A DNA stretch of 64,000 nucleotides. It comes from Cyclobacteriaceae bacterium (GTDB lineage: Bacteria > Bacteroidota > Bacteroidia > Cytophagales > Cyclobacteriaceae). The notes beneath the pieces were generated by a model. That model made no database searches, was not told where the DNA came from, and saw only the letters and a list, made by a program, of their open reading frames with translations. Below, piece by piece: positions 35,656 through 45,926 of this stretch. Each line of letters opens with the position of its first letter. The stretch's first letter is position 1. The position numbers were made by a program, and so were the translations under genes. The stretch spans positions 15,365-79,364 of the forward strand of contig JAEUUJ010000082.1 in NCBI GenBank assembly GCA_016786495.1, given 5' to 3'.

Positions 35656-37893
35656 ATGAAAAATGTTCTCTTACTGATTTGTGTTTTTGTTACTGGCGCA
35701 GCCTTCGCGCAGGAAAAAAACTGGCAGGGCAAGTTTGAACAGCTTGACCAAATGCTGCCCACACCAAATGAATACCGGAGCGCTTCCGGGGCTCCAGGCC
35801 CAAAGTACTGGCAACAGCAGGCCGATTATGTGATCAACGCGGAACTGAACGATGAAAACCAAAGCATCACCGGCTCTGAAGTTATCACCTACACCAACAA
35901 CTCGCCTGATCCGCTGCGATACCTGTGGGTGCAACTGGATCAAAACATCAACGAGCGTGATAACAATACGCAAAAAACCTCGACCAACTCGGTAACCAAT
36001 AACATCAACACCAAGGCCATTGCCGGCAATGCAGGCCTTTACGATTTTGATGGCGGCTTTAAAATCAAATCCGTGGCAGATGCTTCGGGTAAGGCGCTGC
36101 CTTACTTCATCAACCAAACGATGATGCGTGTGGATCTGCCTCAGCCGTTAAAAACCGGGCAGAAAGTTTCCTTCTCCATCGATTGGTCGTTCAACATTAA
36201 CGATCGCGTACGCGGTGCAACACCGAATGATGGCCGCAGTGGTATGGAATATTTCCCGAAGGATGGCAACTACCTGTACATCATCGCGCAGTGGTTCCCC
36301 CGCATGTGTGTGTACGATGACCTGGTGGGTTGGCAGAACAAACAGTTCCTGGGACAGGGTGAGTTTACGCTGTCGTTCGGAAATTATCAGGTTAATCTTA
36401 CCGTGCCGGCCGACCACGTAGTTGCCGCAACCGGAATGGTGCAAAACCTGAAAGAGGTTCTCACTCCGGATCAGTACGCACGCTTTGAACGGGCAAAGAC
36501 TTCGTTCGACAAGCCTGTGATCATTTGCAATCAACAGGAAGCCGTTCAGCGCGAGAAAACAAAATCGAAACAAAAGAAAACCTGGAAGTTTACTGCAGAC
36601 AATGTTCGTGACTTCGCTTTTGCAACTTCCCGCAAGTTTATCTGGGACGCGCAGGCCGTGAAGATTGCCGACAAAACTGTGCTGGCCATGTCGTACTATC
36701 CGAAAGAGGGCAATCCGCTTTGGGAAAAGGAATCAACGCAAGCTGTTAAGAACACAATCCTTGGCTATTCGCGCTTCAGCATCAACTATCCGTATCCGCA
36801 GGCAACCTCCGTACACGCAGCATCTTTAGGGATGGAATATCCTATGATTTGCTTCAATCACGGTCGCCCGAAAGACGATGGCACGTATAGCGACCAATTG
36901 AAGTGGGGCATGATTGGTGTAATCGTGCATGAAGTGGGGCACAACTTTTTCCCGATGATCATCAACAGCGATGAGCGCCAAACCACCTGGATGGATGAAG
37001 GTCTGAATACATTCGTTCAGCACCTCACACAAACTATCTACTATCCTGATATGCCGGCACGCAGGGGTCCGGCTTCGATGATTGTTCCTTACATGAAAAG
37101 TGATCCGGATCTTCAGCGTCCCTTGATGGTTAATTCGGAAAGCGTTGTGCGTGCGAATTTTGGAAACGAGCAATACGCCAAGTGTGCAACCGCACTGAAC
37201 ATTTTGCGCGAGACAGTCATGGGCCCGGAGTTATTCGATAAGTCTTTCAAAGAATATTGCGAGCGTTGGGCATTCAAGCATCCAAAGCCGGGCGACTTGT
37301 TCAGAACGCTGGAAGATGCTTCGGCTGTTGACCTTGACTGGTTCTGGCGCGGGTGGTTCTACACCACTGACAACAACAATCAGTCAATTGAAAAAGTAAA
37401 GTGGTTTAAGACCAATACAGAAACAAAAACCATCGAAAAGAAAAACATTACTGCCAAAGAGGGCGACCTCAGCGCCAACGGTTCCGGAAGCCTCGACTTC
37501 AGCGCTGGTCCGCAGCCGTTAACAGTCGCAAATACTCCCGAAGGATCATATGGCGATTTCAGAAGCCGTGTAGATGATAAGGCAATCCTCGCAAAACTTG
37601 ACGGCAAAAATATTTACGAAGTTACCTTCGTAAACAAAGGCGGCCTGGTGATGCCAGTTATTATCGAGTGGACGTACAAGGATGGTACGAAGGAGATCGA
37701 ACGAATTCCTGCCGAGATTTGGAGATTGAACGAGCAGGTGGCAACCAAAACGTTTGTAAAAGACAAGGAAGTGGTCAACATCTTGCTGGACCCGAAGGGT
37801 GAAACGGCAGATGTCAGCATGGAAGACAACGTTTTTCCACGTAAAGCTGAGGCCTCACAATTTGATAAATTCAAAAAATCAGGAGGCAATTGA
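35656..37893 (+). CDS. M1 family metallopeptidase, exported
   Basis: Signal peptide MKNVLLLICVFVTGAAFAQ. HEVGHNFF...WMDEGLNTF (HExxH-18-E). Confidence 0.9.
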   Translation: MKNVLLLICVFVTGAAFAQEKNWQGKFEQLDQMLPTPNEYRSASGAPGPKYWQQQADYVINAELNDENQSITGSEVITYTNNSPDPLRYLWVQLDQNINERDNNTQKTSTNSVTNNINTKAIAGNAGLYDFDGGFKIKSVADASGKALPYFINQTMMRVDLPQPLKTGQKVSFSIDWSFNINDRVRGATPNDGRSGMEYFPKDGNYLYIIAQWFPRMCVYDDLVGWQNKQFLGQGEFTLSFGNYQVNLTVPADHVVAATGMVQNLKEVLTPDQYARFERAKTSFDKPVIICNQQEAVQREKTKSKQKKTWKFTADNVRDFAFATSRKFIWDAQAVKIADKTVLAMSYYPKEGNPLWEKESTQAVKNTILGYSRFSINYPYPQATSVHAASLGMEYPMICFNHGRPKDDGTYSDQLKWGMIGVIVHEVGHNFFPMIINSDERQTTWMDEGLNTFVQHLTQTIYYPDMPARRGPASMIVPYMKSDPDLQRPLMVNSESVVRANFGNEQYAKCATALNILRETVMGPELFDKSFKEYCERWAFKHPKPGDLFRTLEDASAVDLDWFWRGWFYTTDNNNQSIEKVKWFKTNTETKTIEKKNITAKEGDLSANGSGSLDFSAGPQPLTVANTPEGSYGDFRSRVDDKAILAKLDGKNIYEVTFVNKGGLVMPVIIEWTYKDGTKEIERIPAEIWRLNEQVATKTFVKDKEVVNILLDPKGETADVSMEDNVFPRKAEASQFDKFKKSGGN

Positions 37894-37923
37894 TTTTGGT
37901 TTTTGCTTGTTGAAGAAGAACTT

Positions 37924-37956
37924 AGTCGCCCGGAAACCCCCGGGCGACTTTATTTT
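37924..37956 (+). terminator. Rho-independent terminator after the M1 peptidase gene
   Basis: agtcgcccgg-aaaccc-ccgggcgact is a 10-bp perfect stem, followed by ttatttt. Confidence 0.85.
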
Positions 37957-38730
37957 ATGACTACCTGTAAGAACTGCGCGAACTCCTTCGAAGGAAATTA
38001 TTGCCCGAATTGTTCGCAAAAAGCCGAAACTCATCGTTTTACCCTCAAGCATTTCGCACACGACTTCTTTCATGCTTTTACGCATGCCGACAAGGGGATT
38101 TTCTTTTTGGGCAAGGAGTTGTTTATACGACCGGGTAAGGTTGCGCGGGAATTCAATGAAGGGAAGCGGAAAAAATATTTTAATCCGATTACATACTTAT
38201 TGCTTGTGTTGGCACTGCAGGTGTACCTGGCAAACCTTTCGGGCATTAATACCTTCTATGCAGACCGGATATATGAAATGAATCAATCAAAGGAAGTTGC
38301 CGCGAACAGCGCGGAGTTTCATAAGATCATGGAGGTTTGGAACACCGTTCAGAGAAAAATGTATGAACATGGAAAACTTGTCAACATTACGCTCATTCCG
38401 ATCCTGAGCTTTTTTGTATGGCTGATGTACAGAAAGTCGGAAAGCAACTATGCTGAAGTACTGGTGATGAACGTAATGTATACCGGGCAGGCATTACTCA
38501 TTTTTATATTGATGTGTATTCTACCGTTCGTGTTGTATAAGGACAGCATTTTGATAACTACAAATTTGTACATGCTAACCTCCGTTGTGTTCATGGCGGT
38601 GTTGCTGAAACAATTCTATCAGCAATCCTGGTGGAAAACAATTCTGAAGACCATAGTCGCTCAACTCCTATACTACATAGTCGTTTTCTTGTTGATGGCT
38701 GCCGTTACCGTAGCGGTGTTATTGCAGTAA
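37957..38730 (+). CDS. DUF3667-like membrane protein with N-terminal zinc ribbon (257 aa)
   Basis: Trimmed to ATG 37957, because the longer form would include the terminator hairpin. CKNC...CPNC, followed by 5-6 TM helices. Confidence 0.65.
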   Translation: MTTCKNCANSFEGNYCPNCSQKAETHRFTLKHFAHDFFHAFTHADKGIFFLGKELFIRPGKVAREFNEGKRKKYFNPITYLLLVLALQVYLANLSGINTFYADRIYEMNQSKEVAANSAEFHKIMEVWNTVQRKMYEHGKLVNITLIPILSFFVWLMYRKSESNYAEVLVMNVMYTGQALLIFILMCILPFVLYKDSILITTNLYMLTSVVFMAVLLKQFYQQSWWKTILKTIVAQLLYYIVVFLLMAAVTVAVLLQ

Positions 38731-38732
38731 CC

Positions 38733-39077
38733 TTAGTCTTCGTCTACATGCATCTTGTGCAAAAAGCGATGTGCAATGGGCGAAAGAAAAACAGCAACGG
38801 TGCTTAAGAACACTACTCCGCTAAAAATCGAATAGAACGAGGCAAAGAGTTTGGCGGCATCGTTCTTCATGGGATCAACGGGGCCCATGCCCGTTAAAAT
38901 CATGGAAGCATTTAATAGCGCATCCAGCCACGGCAATTCGTTGATATAGTGATAGCCGGCAACACCAATGCCGAGCGAAACGCCAATTAAGACCATTGAA
39001 AAAAATGTATACCGAAGTATGCGCTTGATAAATTTATCAAACGGCAGGATCGGCTGCGAACGATGTTCAAAGTTCAT
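38733..39077 (-). CDS. Small 2-TM pore-loop (ion-channel-like) membrane protein
   Basis: TM1, then LPWLDALLNASMILTGMGPVD, then TM2. ATGA overlap with the upstream dehydratase gene. Confidence 0.6.
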   Translation of the reverse strand: MNFEHRSQPILPFDKFIKRILRYTFFSMVLIGVSLGIGVAGYHYINELPWLDALLNASMILTGMGPVDPMKNDAAKLFASFYSIFSGVVFLSTVAVFLSPIAHRFLHKMHVDED

Positions 39078-40027
39078 GACGGATTGCTGAAAAGTTTCAG
39101 CGCTTTTTCAAGGTCGACATTCCCACCGGAAAGAATAATACCTACTTTCCTTCCTGCGAAGGACTTCTTTTCTTTCAGTAATCCCGCAAACGGCACCGCA
39201 CATGACGGCTCAATAATCATTTTCATGCGTTCCCAGATCAGCCGCATGGCCTGCACAATTTCGGCATCCGTTACCGTGATCACCCGGGTTACGTTTTCGT
39301 GAATGATTGGAAATGTTTTGTCGCCTAACGTTGTCAGTAATCCATCGGCAATGGTATTCGATTGCGACTGCTCGATTTTTCCACTTTGCATAGACCGGTA
39401 CGCATCATCGGCTCCGGCCGGTTCACCTGCAATCACTTTTGTTTTCGGGCTGAAGTATTTCGCTGCCATCAACGTTCCGCTGAGCAACCCACCCCCGCCA
39501 ACCGGTGCCATTAAAAAATCAAGATCATTCACATCTTCGATCAACTCTTTGCCAGCGGTAGCCTGCCCGGTCATCACTTCATAATTATTGAACGGGTGAA
39601 TTTCCGCTGCCCCGGTTTTGGCAATCACTTCGGCCAGTGTGGTTTCGCGCGCTTTAAGATTCGGTTCGCATTCAAAGATTTGTCCGCCATACCCCTTAAC
39701 CCCTTCTTTTTTGATTAAGGGTGCATTGTTCGGCATCACGATGTATGCAGGCACCGCCAGAATTTTACCCGCACGTGCAATGGCCTGCGCATGGTTGCCG
39801 GAAGAATGTGTAGCAATGCCCTTCGAACGCTGATCGGCCGGCAATTGCAGGGCAGCGTTCATGGCTCCGCGGGCTTTGAACGCACCAACGTTTTGTAAGT
39901 TCTCGCATTTAAAATAAATGCTGCACCCTGCGATATCGTTGATACTTTGTGAAGTCAACACAGGCGTGCGATGAACGTACGGTCTGATACGGTCATGTGC
40001 CTGTTCAATATCCTGTTTGGTAATCAT
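39074..40027 (-). CDS. PLP-dependent serine/threonine dehydratase family enzyme (no ACT domain)
   Basis: FKCENLQNVGAFKARGA (PLP-Lys motif), HSSGNHAQA and a GGGGL loop. 317 aa. Confidence 0.88.
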   Translation of the reverse strand: MITKQDIEQAHDRIRPYVHRTPVLTSQSINDIAGCSIYFKCENLQNVGAFKARGAMNAALQLPADQRSKGIATHSSGNHAQAIARAGKILAVPAYIVMPNNAPLIKKEGVKGYGGQIFECEPNLKARETTLAEVIAKTGAAEIHPFNNYEVMTGQATAGKELIEDVNDLDFLMAPVGGGGLLSGTLMAAKYFSPKTKVIAGEPAGADDAYRSMQSGKIEQSQSNTIADGLLTTLGDKTFPIIHENVTRVITVTDAEIVQAMRLIWERMKMIIEPSCAVPFAGLLKEKKSFAGRKVGIILSGGNVDLEKALKLFSNPS

Positions 40028-40035
40028 AGTTGCTG

Positions 40036-42768
40036 TTAATGCGCGTCAAGCCAGTTATCGGCCACGCCTACCTCCACTTCCATTGGTACATCCAGAATTA
40101 CGGCGTGCTCCATCAGCTTGCGTACGTTTTCTTTCACCGTATCCACTTCGCTTTTGTGTACATCAAAAACCAATTCATCGTGCACTTGCATAATCATTTT
40201 GGTTTTCAGGTTTTCTTTGGTGAGCCAGCGCTGAATATTAATCATGGCCAGCTTGATGATGTCGGCTGCGCTCCCCTGGATCGGAGCATTAATTGCATTT
40301 CGTTCGGCAAAGCCGCGCGTGGTGACATTCCGGGAGTTGATGTCGCGCAGGTACCGTCTCCGTCCTAAAATCGTCTCCACAAATTCGGTATCGCGTGCCT
40401 GAATGATCGAGTTGTCCATGTAGCGTTTGATGGCATGGAATTCCTTGAAATAGGAATCAATAATTTCAGAAGCCTCTGTTCGTGAGATGCCCAGATTCTG
40501 CGAAAGCCCGAATGCCGTACTGCCGTACAAAATCCCAAAGTTAACCTCCTTGGCTTTCCGTCTCATATCAGGCGTTACCTTGTCGAGCGACACTTTAAAT
40601 ACTTTTGCGGCTGTAGTTGTGTGGATGTCACGCTTATTCTTAAAGGCATCAATCATGATTTCATCTTTCGCGAACGATGCGGCAATGCGCAACTCGATCT
40701 GCGAATAGTCGGCTGACATGAACAAGTAATCCTTATCACGCGCCACAAACGCCTTCCGGATCTGGCGGCCCTTTTCGGTGCGGATCGGAATGTTCTGAAG
40801 ATTCGGATTGTTTGAGCTCAATCGTCCCGTTGCCGCAACTGCTTGGCGGTAATCGGTGTGCACCCGTCCATCACGCGGGCTGATCAATCGCGGTAACGCA
40901 TCTACATACGTTGATCTTAATTTTTCATATTCGCGATAGTCAAGAATTTTTTTCGCGACTGGATTATCTTCCGCCAGTTTCAACAACACTTCTTCGCCCG
41001 TTGCATACTGACCTGTCTTTGTTTTTTTGATTTTACCTTCGCCCAGCTTCAGCTTATCGAACAAGATTTCGCCCAATTGCTTTGGTGAACCAATGTTGAA
41101 TTCCTGACCGGCAATTTTGTAAATCTCCTTTTGAACTTTCTCACTTTCTTTCCGGAGATCCTGCGACATCACGGCCAGCGCTTTTTCATCAATCCGTACA
41201 CCTTCATATTCCATGGTGGCGAGCACCTTCATCAGCGGCATCTCCACCTCTTTCATCAACTTTACATGGCGTCTCTTTTCAAGTTCTTTCGAAAGCTTCT
41301 GTCGAAGTTGCAACACCTGGTCGGCCCGCTCACACGCGAGGTACAACTGACTTTGCCCCCCTTCATCCATTAACTGGTAGCCGAGATATAACGAGCAAAG
41401 TGTATTCAGGTCATGCGAGGCCTCCGGTTCAATCAAATAGTGTGCAACCGTTGTGTCAAACAAAGTTCCGCATAAATCGATCGCGTATTCTTTCAGCGCC
41501 AGTATTACGGCCTTCAGGTTATGACCAATCTTCTCATTTCGCTCATCCGAGAGAACACTCGCAAATTCCGACAGTGCAGTTTTAGCATCCCCGGAGTCAA
41601 ACGAAAGCAATGCTGCCTCTCCGAGCCCCCACGCAAACGCGAAACCAATCAGGGCGGATTCCTTGTAAACTGCCTCCACCGAAAAACCCGACTGCAGCTT
41701 GAGTTTTTCAAGAAGCTCCTTACGCAGCGAGGAGGTATCGATCAGCTTGTAATTAACCTTATCGGAAGAAAACGTTCTCGCTTGAACAACCGGTGCATCC
41801 GTTTCGCTGGCCTCGGGTGCTCCGCCAAACATGGATAGTTGCGCAGCCTTGGGTGATACGATAGCTGCAGCGGCCTGCTGTGCGGCCGTACCTCCTCCAA
41901 AAATCCGCGGCATCATGGTTTTGAACTCAAGCTCTTCAATGATCGGCTTCAGCTTCGCTTCGTCCGGGCCAGTATATAAGAGTGCTGCTTCATCAAAGTG
42001 AACCGGCACGTCCAGTGAAATGGTGGCAAGTTGTTTTGATAAAATTGCCTGCTGGCCAAATTCTTCAACACGCTCCTTTTGCTTTCCTTTCAGCTGGTGC
42101 GCGTTGGCAACAATATTTTCAACCGTTCCGAATTTTTTGATTAGCTCGGCTGCTGTTTTCGGGCCGATGCCCGGAATGCCCGGAATGTTATCGGATGAAT
42201 CGCCTTGCAACCCGAGTATGTCAATCACCTGCGACACGTTTTCGATGTCCCATTTTTCACAAACCTCCTTCGGCCCCATAATATCAACCGCATTACCCAT
42301 GTAAGCCGGCTTGTATAAATGAATGTGCTCCGTTACCAACTGACCAAAGTCCTTATCGGGCGTCATCATGAATACTTCAAAGCCCAGTTTTTCGGCCTGT
42401 TTAGCCAGTGTTCCGATAATATCATCTGCTTCGTAGCCGTCCATTTCCAACACCGGAATATTAAAGCCGCGAATAATCTCTTTCACTTTTGGGACACCGT
42501 AACGGATGTCTTCCGGAGTTTCCTGCCGGTTGGCTTTGTATTCCTTATAAATTTCATCACGAAACGTTTTTGCAGATGTGTCGAATGCAACGCCAATGTG
42601 TGTCGGCTTTTGTTTCGTCAGAACTTCAAGCAGTGTATTCGTAAATCCGAAAGGGACAGAAGTGTTGATTCCTTTTGAGTTAATTCGGGGTGTTTTGGTA
42701 AATGCAAAGTGTGCGCGGTACACAAGCGCGTAAGCATCAAGAAGAAAAAGTCGTTTTGTTTCGGCCAT
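40036..42768 (-). CDS. polA: DNA polymerase I
   Basis: 5'-nuclease N-terminus, motif A DYSQIELR, motif B RRKAKEVNFGILYG and motif C QVHDEL. 910 aa. Confidence 0.97.
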   Translation of the reverse strand: MAETKRLFLLDAYALVYRAHFAFTKTPRINSKGINTSVPFGFTNTLLEVLTKQKPTHIGVAFDTSAKTFRDEIYKEYKANRQETPEDIRYGVPKVKEIIRGFNIPVLEMDGYEADDIIGTLAKQAEKLGFEVFMMTPDKDFGQLVTEHIHLYKPAYMGNAVDIMGPKEVCEKWDIENVSQVIDILGLQGDSSDNIPGIPGIGPKTAAELIKKFGTVENIVANAHQLKGKQKERVEEFGQQAILSKQLATISLDVPVHFDEAALLYTGPDEAKLKPIIEELEFKTMMPRIFGGGTAAQQAAAAIVSPKAAQLSMFGGAPEASETDAPVVQARTFSSDKVNYKLIDTSSLRKELLEKLKLQSGFSVEAVYKESALIGFAFAWGLGEAALLSFDSGDAKTALSEFASVLSDERNEKIGHNLKAVILALKEYAIDLCGTLFDTTVAHYLIEPEASHDLNTLCSLYLGYQLMDEGGQSQLYLACERADQVLQLRQKLSKELEKRRHVKLMKEVEMPLMKVLATMEYEGVRIDEKALAVMSQDLRKESEKVQKEIYKIAGQEFNIGSPKQLGEILFDKLKLGEGKIKKTKTGQYATGEEVLLKLAEDNPVAKKILDYREYEKLRSTYVDALPRLISPRDGRVHTDYRQAVAATGRLSSNNPNLQNIPIRTEKGRQIRKAFVARDKDYLFMSADYSQIELRIAASFAKDEIMIDAFKNKRDIHTTTAAKVFKVSLDKVTPDMRRKAKEVNFGILYGSTAFGLSQNLGISRTEASEIIDSYFKEFHAIKRYMDNSIIQARDTEFVETILGRRRYLRDINSRNVTTRGFAERNAINAPIQGSAADIIKLAMINIQRWLTKENLKTKMIMQVHDELVFDVHKSEVDTVKENVRKLMEHAVILDVPMEVEVGVADNWLDAH

Positions 42769-42848
42769 GGGGGCTAAGGTAGAAAAAGAAGACCTTTTGT
42801 TTTTACTCTTTTCTGAGTAAATCGTAATACCCTAAACACTCCTTCGGC

Positions 42849-44492
42849 ATGCCATCCAGTCCATTAGCCCAGTTTCTCAAATGGGAAAAAGAAATTCCCA
42901 ACCAGATTTTTCTTCGTCAGCCGATTTCCGGACAATGGCGAACGTGGACCTATAAACAAGCCGGTGATGAAGTCCGCAGAATTGCTGCCGGTATTCAAGC
43001 CAGCGGACTTCCGGAAAAAAGCAACATTGCGATTCTTTCGAAAAACTGTGCCCATTGGCCGATGGCGGATCTCGCCATTATGATGTGCGGACATATTTCT
43101 GTTCCGCTATACGCCACCCTTTCTGCTCACGCGATCCAGCAAATTCTGGAACACAGCGAAAGCAAAATGGTGATTATTGGCAAACTCGATGATTATGCCG
43201 GGCAGCAAGCAGGAATTCCAAAAGAAACTATTCGGCTGGGTATTGATTTGTATAGTATTAAAGAAAGCAACACCTGGGAAGAATGGCTGAAGAAATATGA
43301 GCCCGTTCACACTACGGCTACCTGGAAACCAGACGATCTGCTTACAATCATTTACACCTCGGGCACTACCGGTAAACCGAAAGGTGTTATGCATACCGTT
43401 AATGCGTTTGATGCAACGGTAAGGCAAGCTACCAAGGAACTTAATCTTCGCATTCATCCAAACCTGTTTTCATTCCTGCCCATGTCGCACATTGCCGAGC
43501 GCGTGGGAATCGAAATGATCGCCATTTATGATGGAGGTACGTTGTCGTTCGCGGAATCGCTTGAGTTGTTTCCAAAAAATCTGATGGATACGCAGCCGAC
43601 AGCGTTTTTTGCCGTGCCCCGCATTTGGGGAAAGTTCAAGGAAAAGATTCTCGAAAAACTTCCGCAAAAGAAACTCAATACCCTGTTGTCGATCCCGATC
43701 GTTAAATCCATTATTCAAAAGAGCATTAAAAAGAAATTAGGGGTAGCGAAAGCTGAATACATCGTGAGTGGTGCCGCGCCTTTATCGCCCGATTTGATCC
43801 ATTGGTTTAGTAAACTCGGCATTAACATTTTGCAGGCGTACGGAATGACCGAAGATTGTGTTTACGCACACTTCAACCGGCCCTACGCAAACCGTCCGGG
43901 AACGGTGGGTAAGCCGCTAAATGGTTTGACGGTCAAGATTGCTGCCGATGGTGAGATCCGGCTTAAAAGTCCGGGTAACACGATTGGTTATTACAAAGAA
44001 CCTGAGCTTACCAAAAGCTTATTCGATGAAGAAGGGTTTCTGCGTACGGGCGACATGGGTGAAATCTCAGCCGATGGCTTTCTCACAATCACCGGCCGCA
44101 CGAAAGATCAATTCAAAACCGACAAAGGGAAATACATTGCGCCTGCGCCTATTGAAATGAAGCTGGCGCTCAATACCGACATTGAGCAAGTTTGTGTTGT
44201 AGGTATGGGCGTTCCGCAACCCATGGCGTTGATTGTATTGTCGGCAGCAGGTAAAAGCAAATCGAAGGATGAGTTGATCACCAGCATCAGCAAGTCGATT
44301 CAGGAGTTGAATCCGTCATTAGAGTCGTACGAGGCAATCGAAAAAGCCGTGATTATGAAAGACGACTGGACTATTGAAAACGGGTTGATGACTCCTTCGA
44401 TGAAACTCAAGCGCAACGAGCTGGAAAAAATTCATCTTCCCAAGTACCCGAGGTGGTATCAGCTTCCGGGAAAAGTAGTTTGGGAAAACTAA
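42849..44492 (+). CDS. AMP-dependent acyl-CoA synthetase/ligase (long-chain fatty-acid-CoA ligase-like)
   Basis: YTSGTTGKPKGV, GYYK and TGDMG..DGF..GRTKD. Confidence 0.88.
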   Translation: MPSSPLAQFLKWEKEIPNQIFLRQPISGQWRTWTYKQAGDEVRRIAAGIQASGLPEKSNIAILSKNCAHWPMADLAIMMCGHISVPLYATLSAHAIQQILEHSESKMVIIGKLDDYAGQQAGIPKETIRLGIDLYSIKESNTWEEWLKKYEPVHTTATWKPDDLLTIIYTSGTTGKPKGVMHTVNAFDATVRQATKELNLRIHPNLFSFLPMSHIAERVGIEMIAIYDGGTLSFAESLELFPKNLMDTQPTAFFAVPRIWGKFKEKILEKLPQKKLNTLLSIPIVKSIIQKSIKKKLGVAKAEYIVSGAAPLSPDLIHWFSKLGINILQAYGMTEDCVYAHFNRPYANRPGTVGKPLNGLTVKIAADGEIRLKSPGNTIGYYKEPELTKSLFDEEGFLRTGDMGEISADGFLTITGRTKDQFKTDKGKYIAPAPIEMKLALNTDIEQVCVVGMGVPQPMALIVLSAAGKSKSKDELITSISKSIQELNPSLESYEAIEKAVIMKDDWTIENGLMTPSMKLKRNELEKIHLPKYPRWYQLPGKVVWEN

Positions 44493-44521
44493 CGCGTGAC
44501 AGCCGAGATATCCGTCACGCG
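44493..44521. terminator. Hairpin in the convergent gap (possible bidirectional terminator)
   Basis: cgcgtgac-13 nt-gtcacgcg is an 8-bp stem. There is only a modest T-run on the minus side (GTTAGTTTTCCC). Confidence 0.4.
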
Positions 44522-44529
44522 CTTGCTCA

Positions 44530-45381
44530 TTATTTCAGCCTTGCTTTAAAGAAGTCGACTGTGTTTTTCCACGCATCGAGATCAGCCGCCTGATCATAAA
44601 TCGGGTTGCTCGGGTTGGCGAAGCCGTGATCGGCATCATAATTTTTCAGAATCAGTGTTTTACCGGCTGCTTTCATGGCATCGGCAAATTTGTTAACCAC
44701 TTCCGTGGTGATGTAGCGGTCTTTCGTGGCAAAAATCCCCAGTACATCGGAGTTTATGGTTTTCAGCTTCTCGACATCGGTCTCCGGCATTCCGTAAAAA
44801 ATAACACAGGCCGCATTCTGCTTACCGAGGCTTAACGCTGCCTGAATAGAAACCGCTCCGCCAAAGCACCAGCCGATCGTTCCGATTTTAGCTTTTGGCC
44901 CTGCATAGGTTTGTGCACCTCCGATAATCTGTAGTCCGCGTTCGAACTTGAATTCGGTCATATATTTCGAGGCCTCCTCGCGGGAAGTAGTCACTTTGCC
45001 ATCATACATATCGAGCGCGAGTACGTTCACATTACCGAGCTCTTTGTAAAGTTTTTCGGCCTGACGTTTTATGTTGTCATTTAGCCCCCACCATTCCTGG
45101 AAAACGAAAATCCAGTTTTCGGTTTGTGTTTTTGCTTTGATCAGGTATCCGTTAGCAGACGTACCGTCCGCACATTTGAAAGTAATCATGGTGCCGCCTT
45201 CTGTACTTCGGTGAACGTAGGTACGCGGTACCGGATGTTCCCGGTTAAAATCTTTGTTGGACGCAAACAACGCGAACTTGTCGATCGCGGTGGTATGGCA
45301 TACGGTAATATTGTCTTTTGTTTGTGCGAAGCCGAATGCAGCAATCAGCACACCGGCAAGTAGTGTGAATAGCTTTTTCAT
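44530..45381 (-). CDS. Dienelactone hydrolase family protein, exported
   Basis: Signal peptide MKKLFTLLAGVLIAAFGFAQ. Nucleophile elbow GWCFGG. Confidence 0.85.
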   Translation of the reverse strand: MKKLFTLLAGVLIAAFGFAQTKDNITVCHTTAIDKFALFASNKDFNREHPVPRTYVHRSTEGGTMITFKCADGTSANGYLIKAKTQTENWIFVFQEWWGLNDNIKRQAEKLYKELGNVNVLALDMYDGKVTTSREEASKYMTEFKFERGLQIIGGAQTYAGPKAKIGTIGWCFGGAVSIQAALSLGKQNAACVIFYGMPETDVEKLKTINSDVLGIFATKDRYITTEVVNKFADAMKAAGKTLILKNYDADHGFANPSNPIYDQAADLDAWKNTVDFFKARLK

Positions 45382-45450
45382 GAATGTGTTTTAGCGGATC
45401 AAGATCAATGTTTGACGAATATAAGGTAATCACCCGACATGGAGGATTTT

Positions 45451-45921
45451 CTACTCCTTCCATTGGCCAGTAATAACACGGTCGTAGGTGATGAAGTCGG
45501 TATTGATCGGCTCAAAGCCTTTTTGACGCATCAGCATCGCCACCTGCGCGCGGTGGTACGATGAATGATTCACCAGGTGGATCATGATATTTTCGACATT
45601 GTTGGTGTACGGATCGTTGGTATAATTTCGGTAGGTGAGTTCACGATCAAAATTGTCTGTTACCTCCACAAATTCAATCCACTGCTTTCCCACGTCTTCC
45701 GCCATGTGCAACAGACGTTCAAGCGTATAGTCGCCCCAAAGTTTTACGTCCGGTGCGGGAAGGCCCTTGATGCGGTGAAGCCATAAATACTGTGCCGCCA
45801 GCACGTGGCCCATCAGTTGCAGAATTTTCGGATCGCTTACCTGTTGCTTTTGAATCTCACCAAGCACACGCTTGTTCGACCAATAGTTGTAATTGTAGAG
45901 TTTTAAAAAGTACTTTTTCAC
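45451..45921 (-). CDS. DinB-family protein
   Basis: GTG start. Four-helix DinB pattern with His residues (MGHVLAAQYLWLHR...HLVNHSSYHRAQV). Confidence 0.8.
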   Translation of the reverse strand: MKKYFLKLYNYNYWSNKRVLGEIQKQQVSDPKILQLMGHVLAAQYLWLHRIKGLPAPDVKLWGDYTLERLLHMAEDVGKQWIEFVEVTDNFDRELTYRNYTNDPYTNNVENIMIHLVNHSSYHRAQVAMLMRQKGFEPINTDFITYDRVITGQWKE

Positions 45922-45926
45922 AATGC

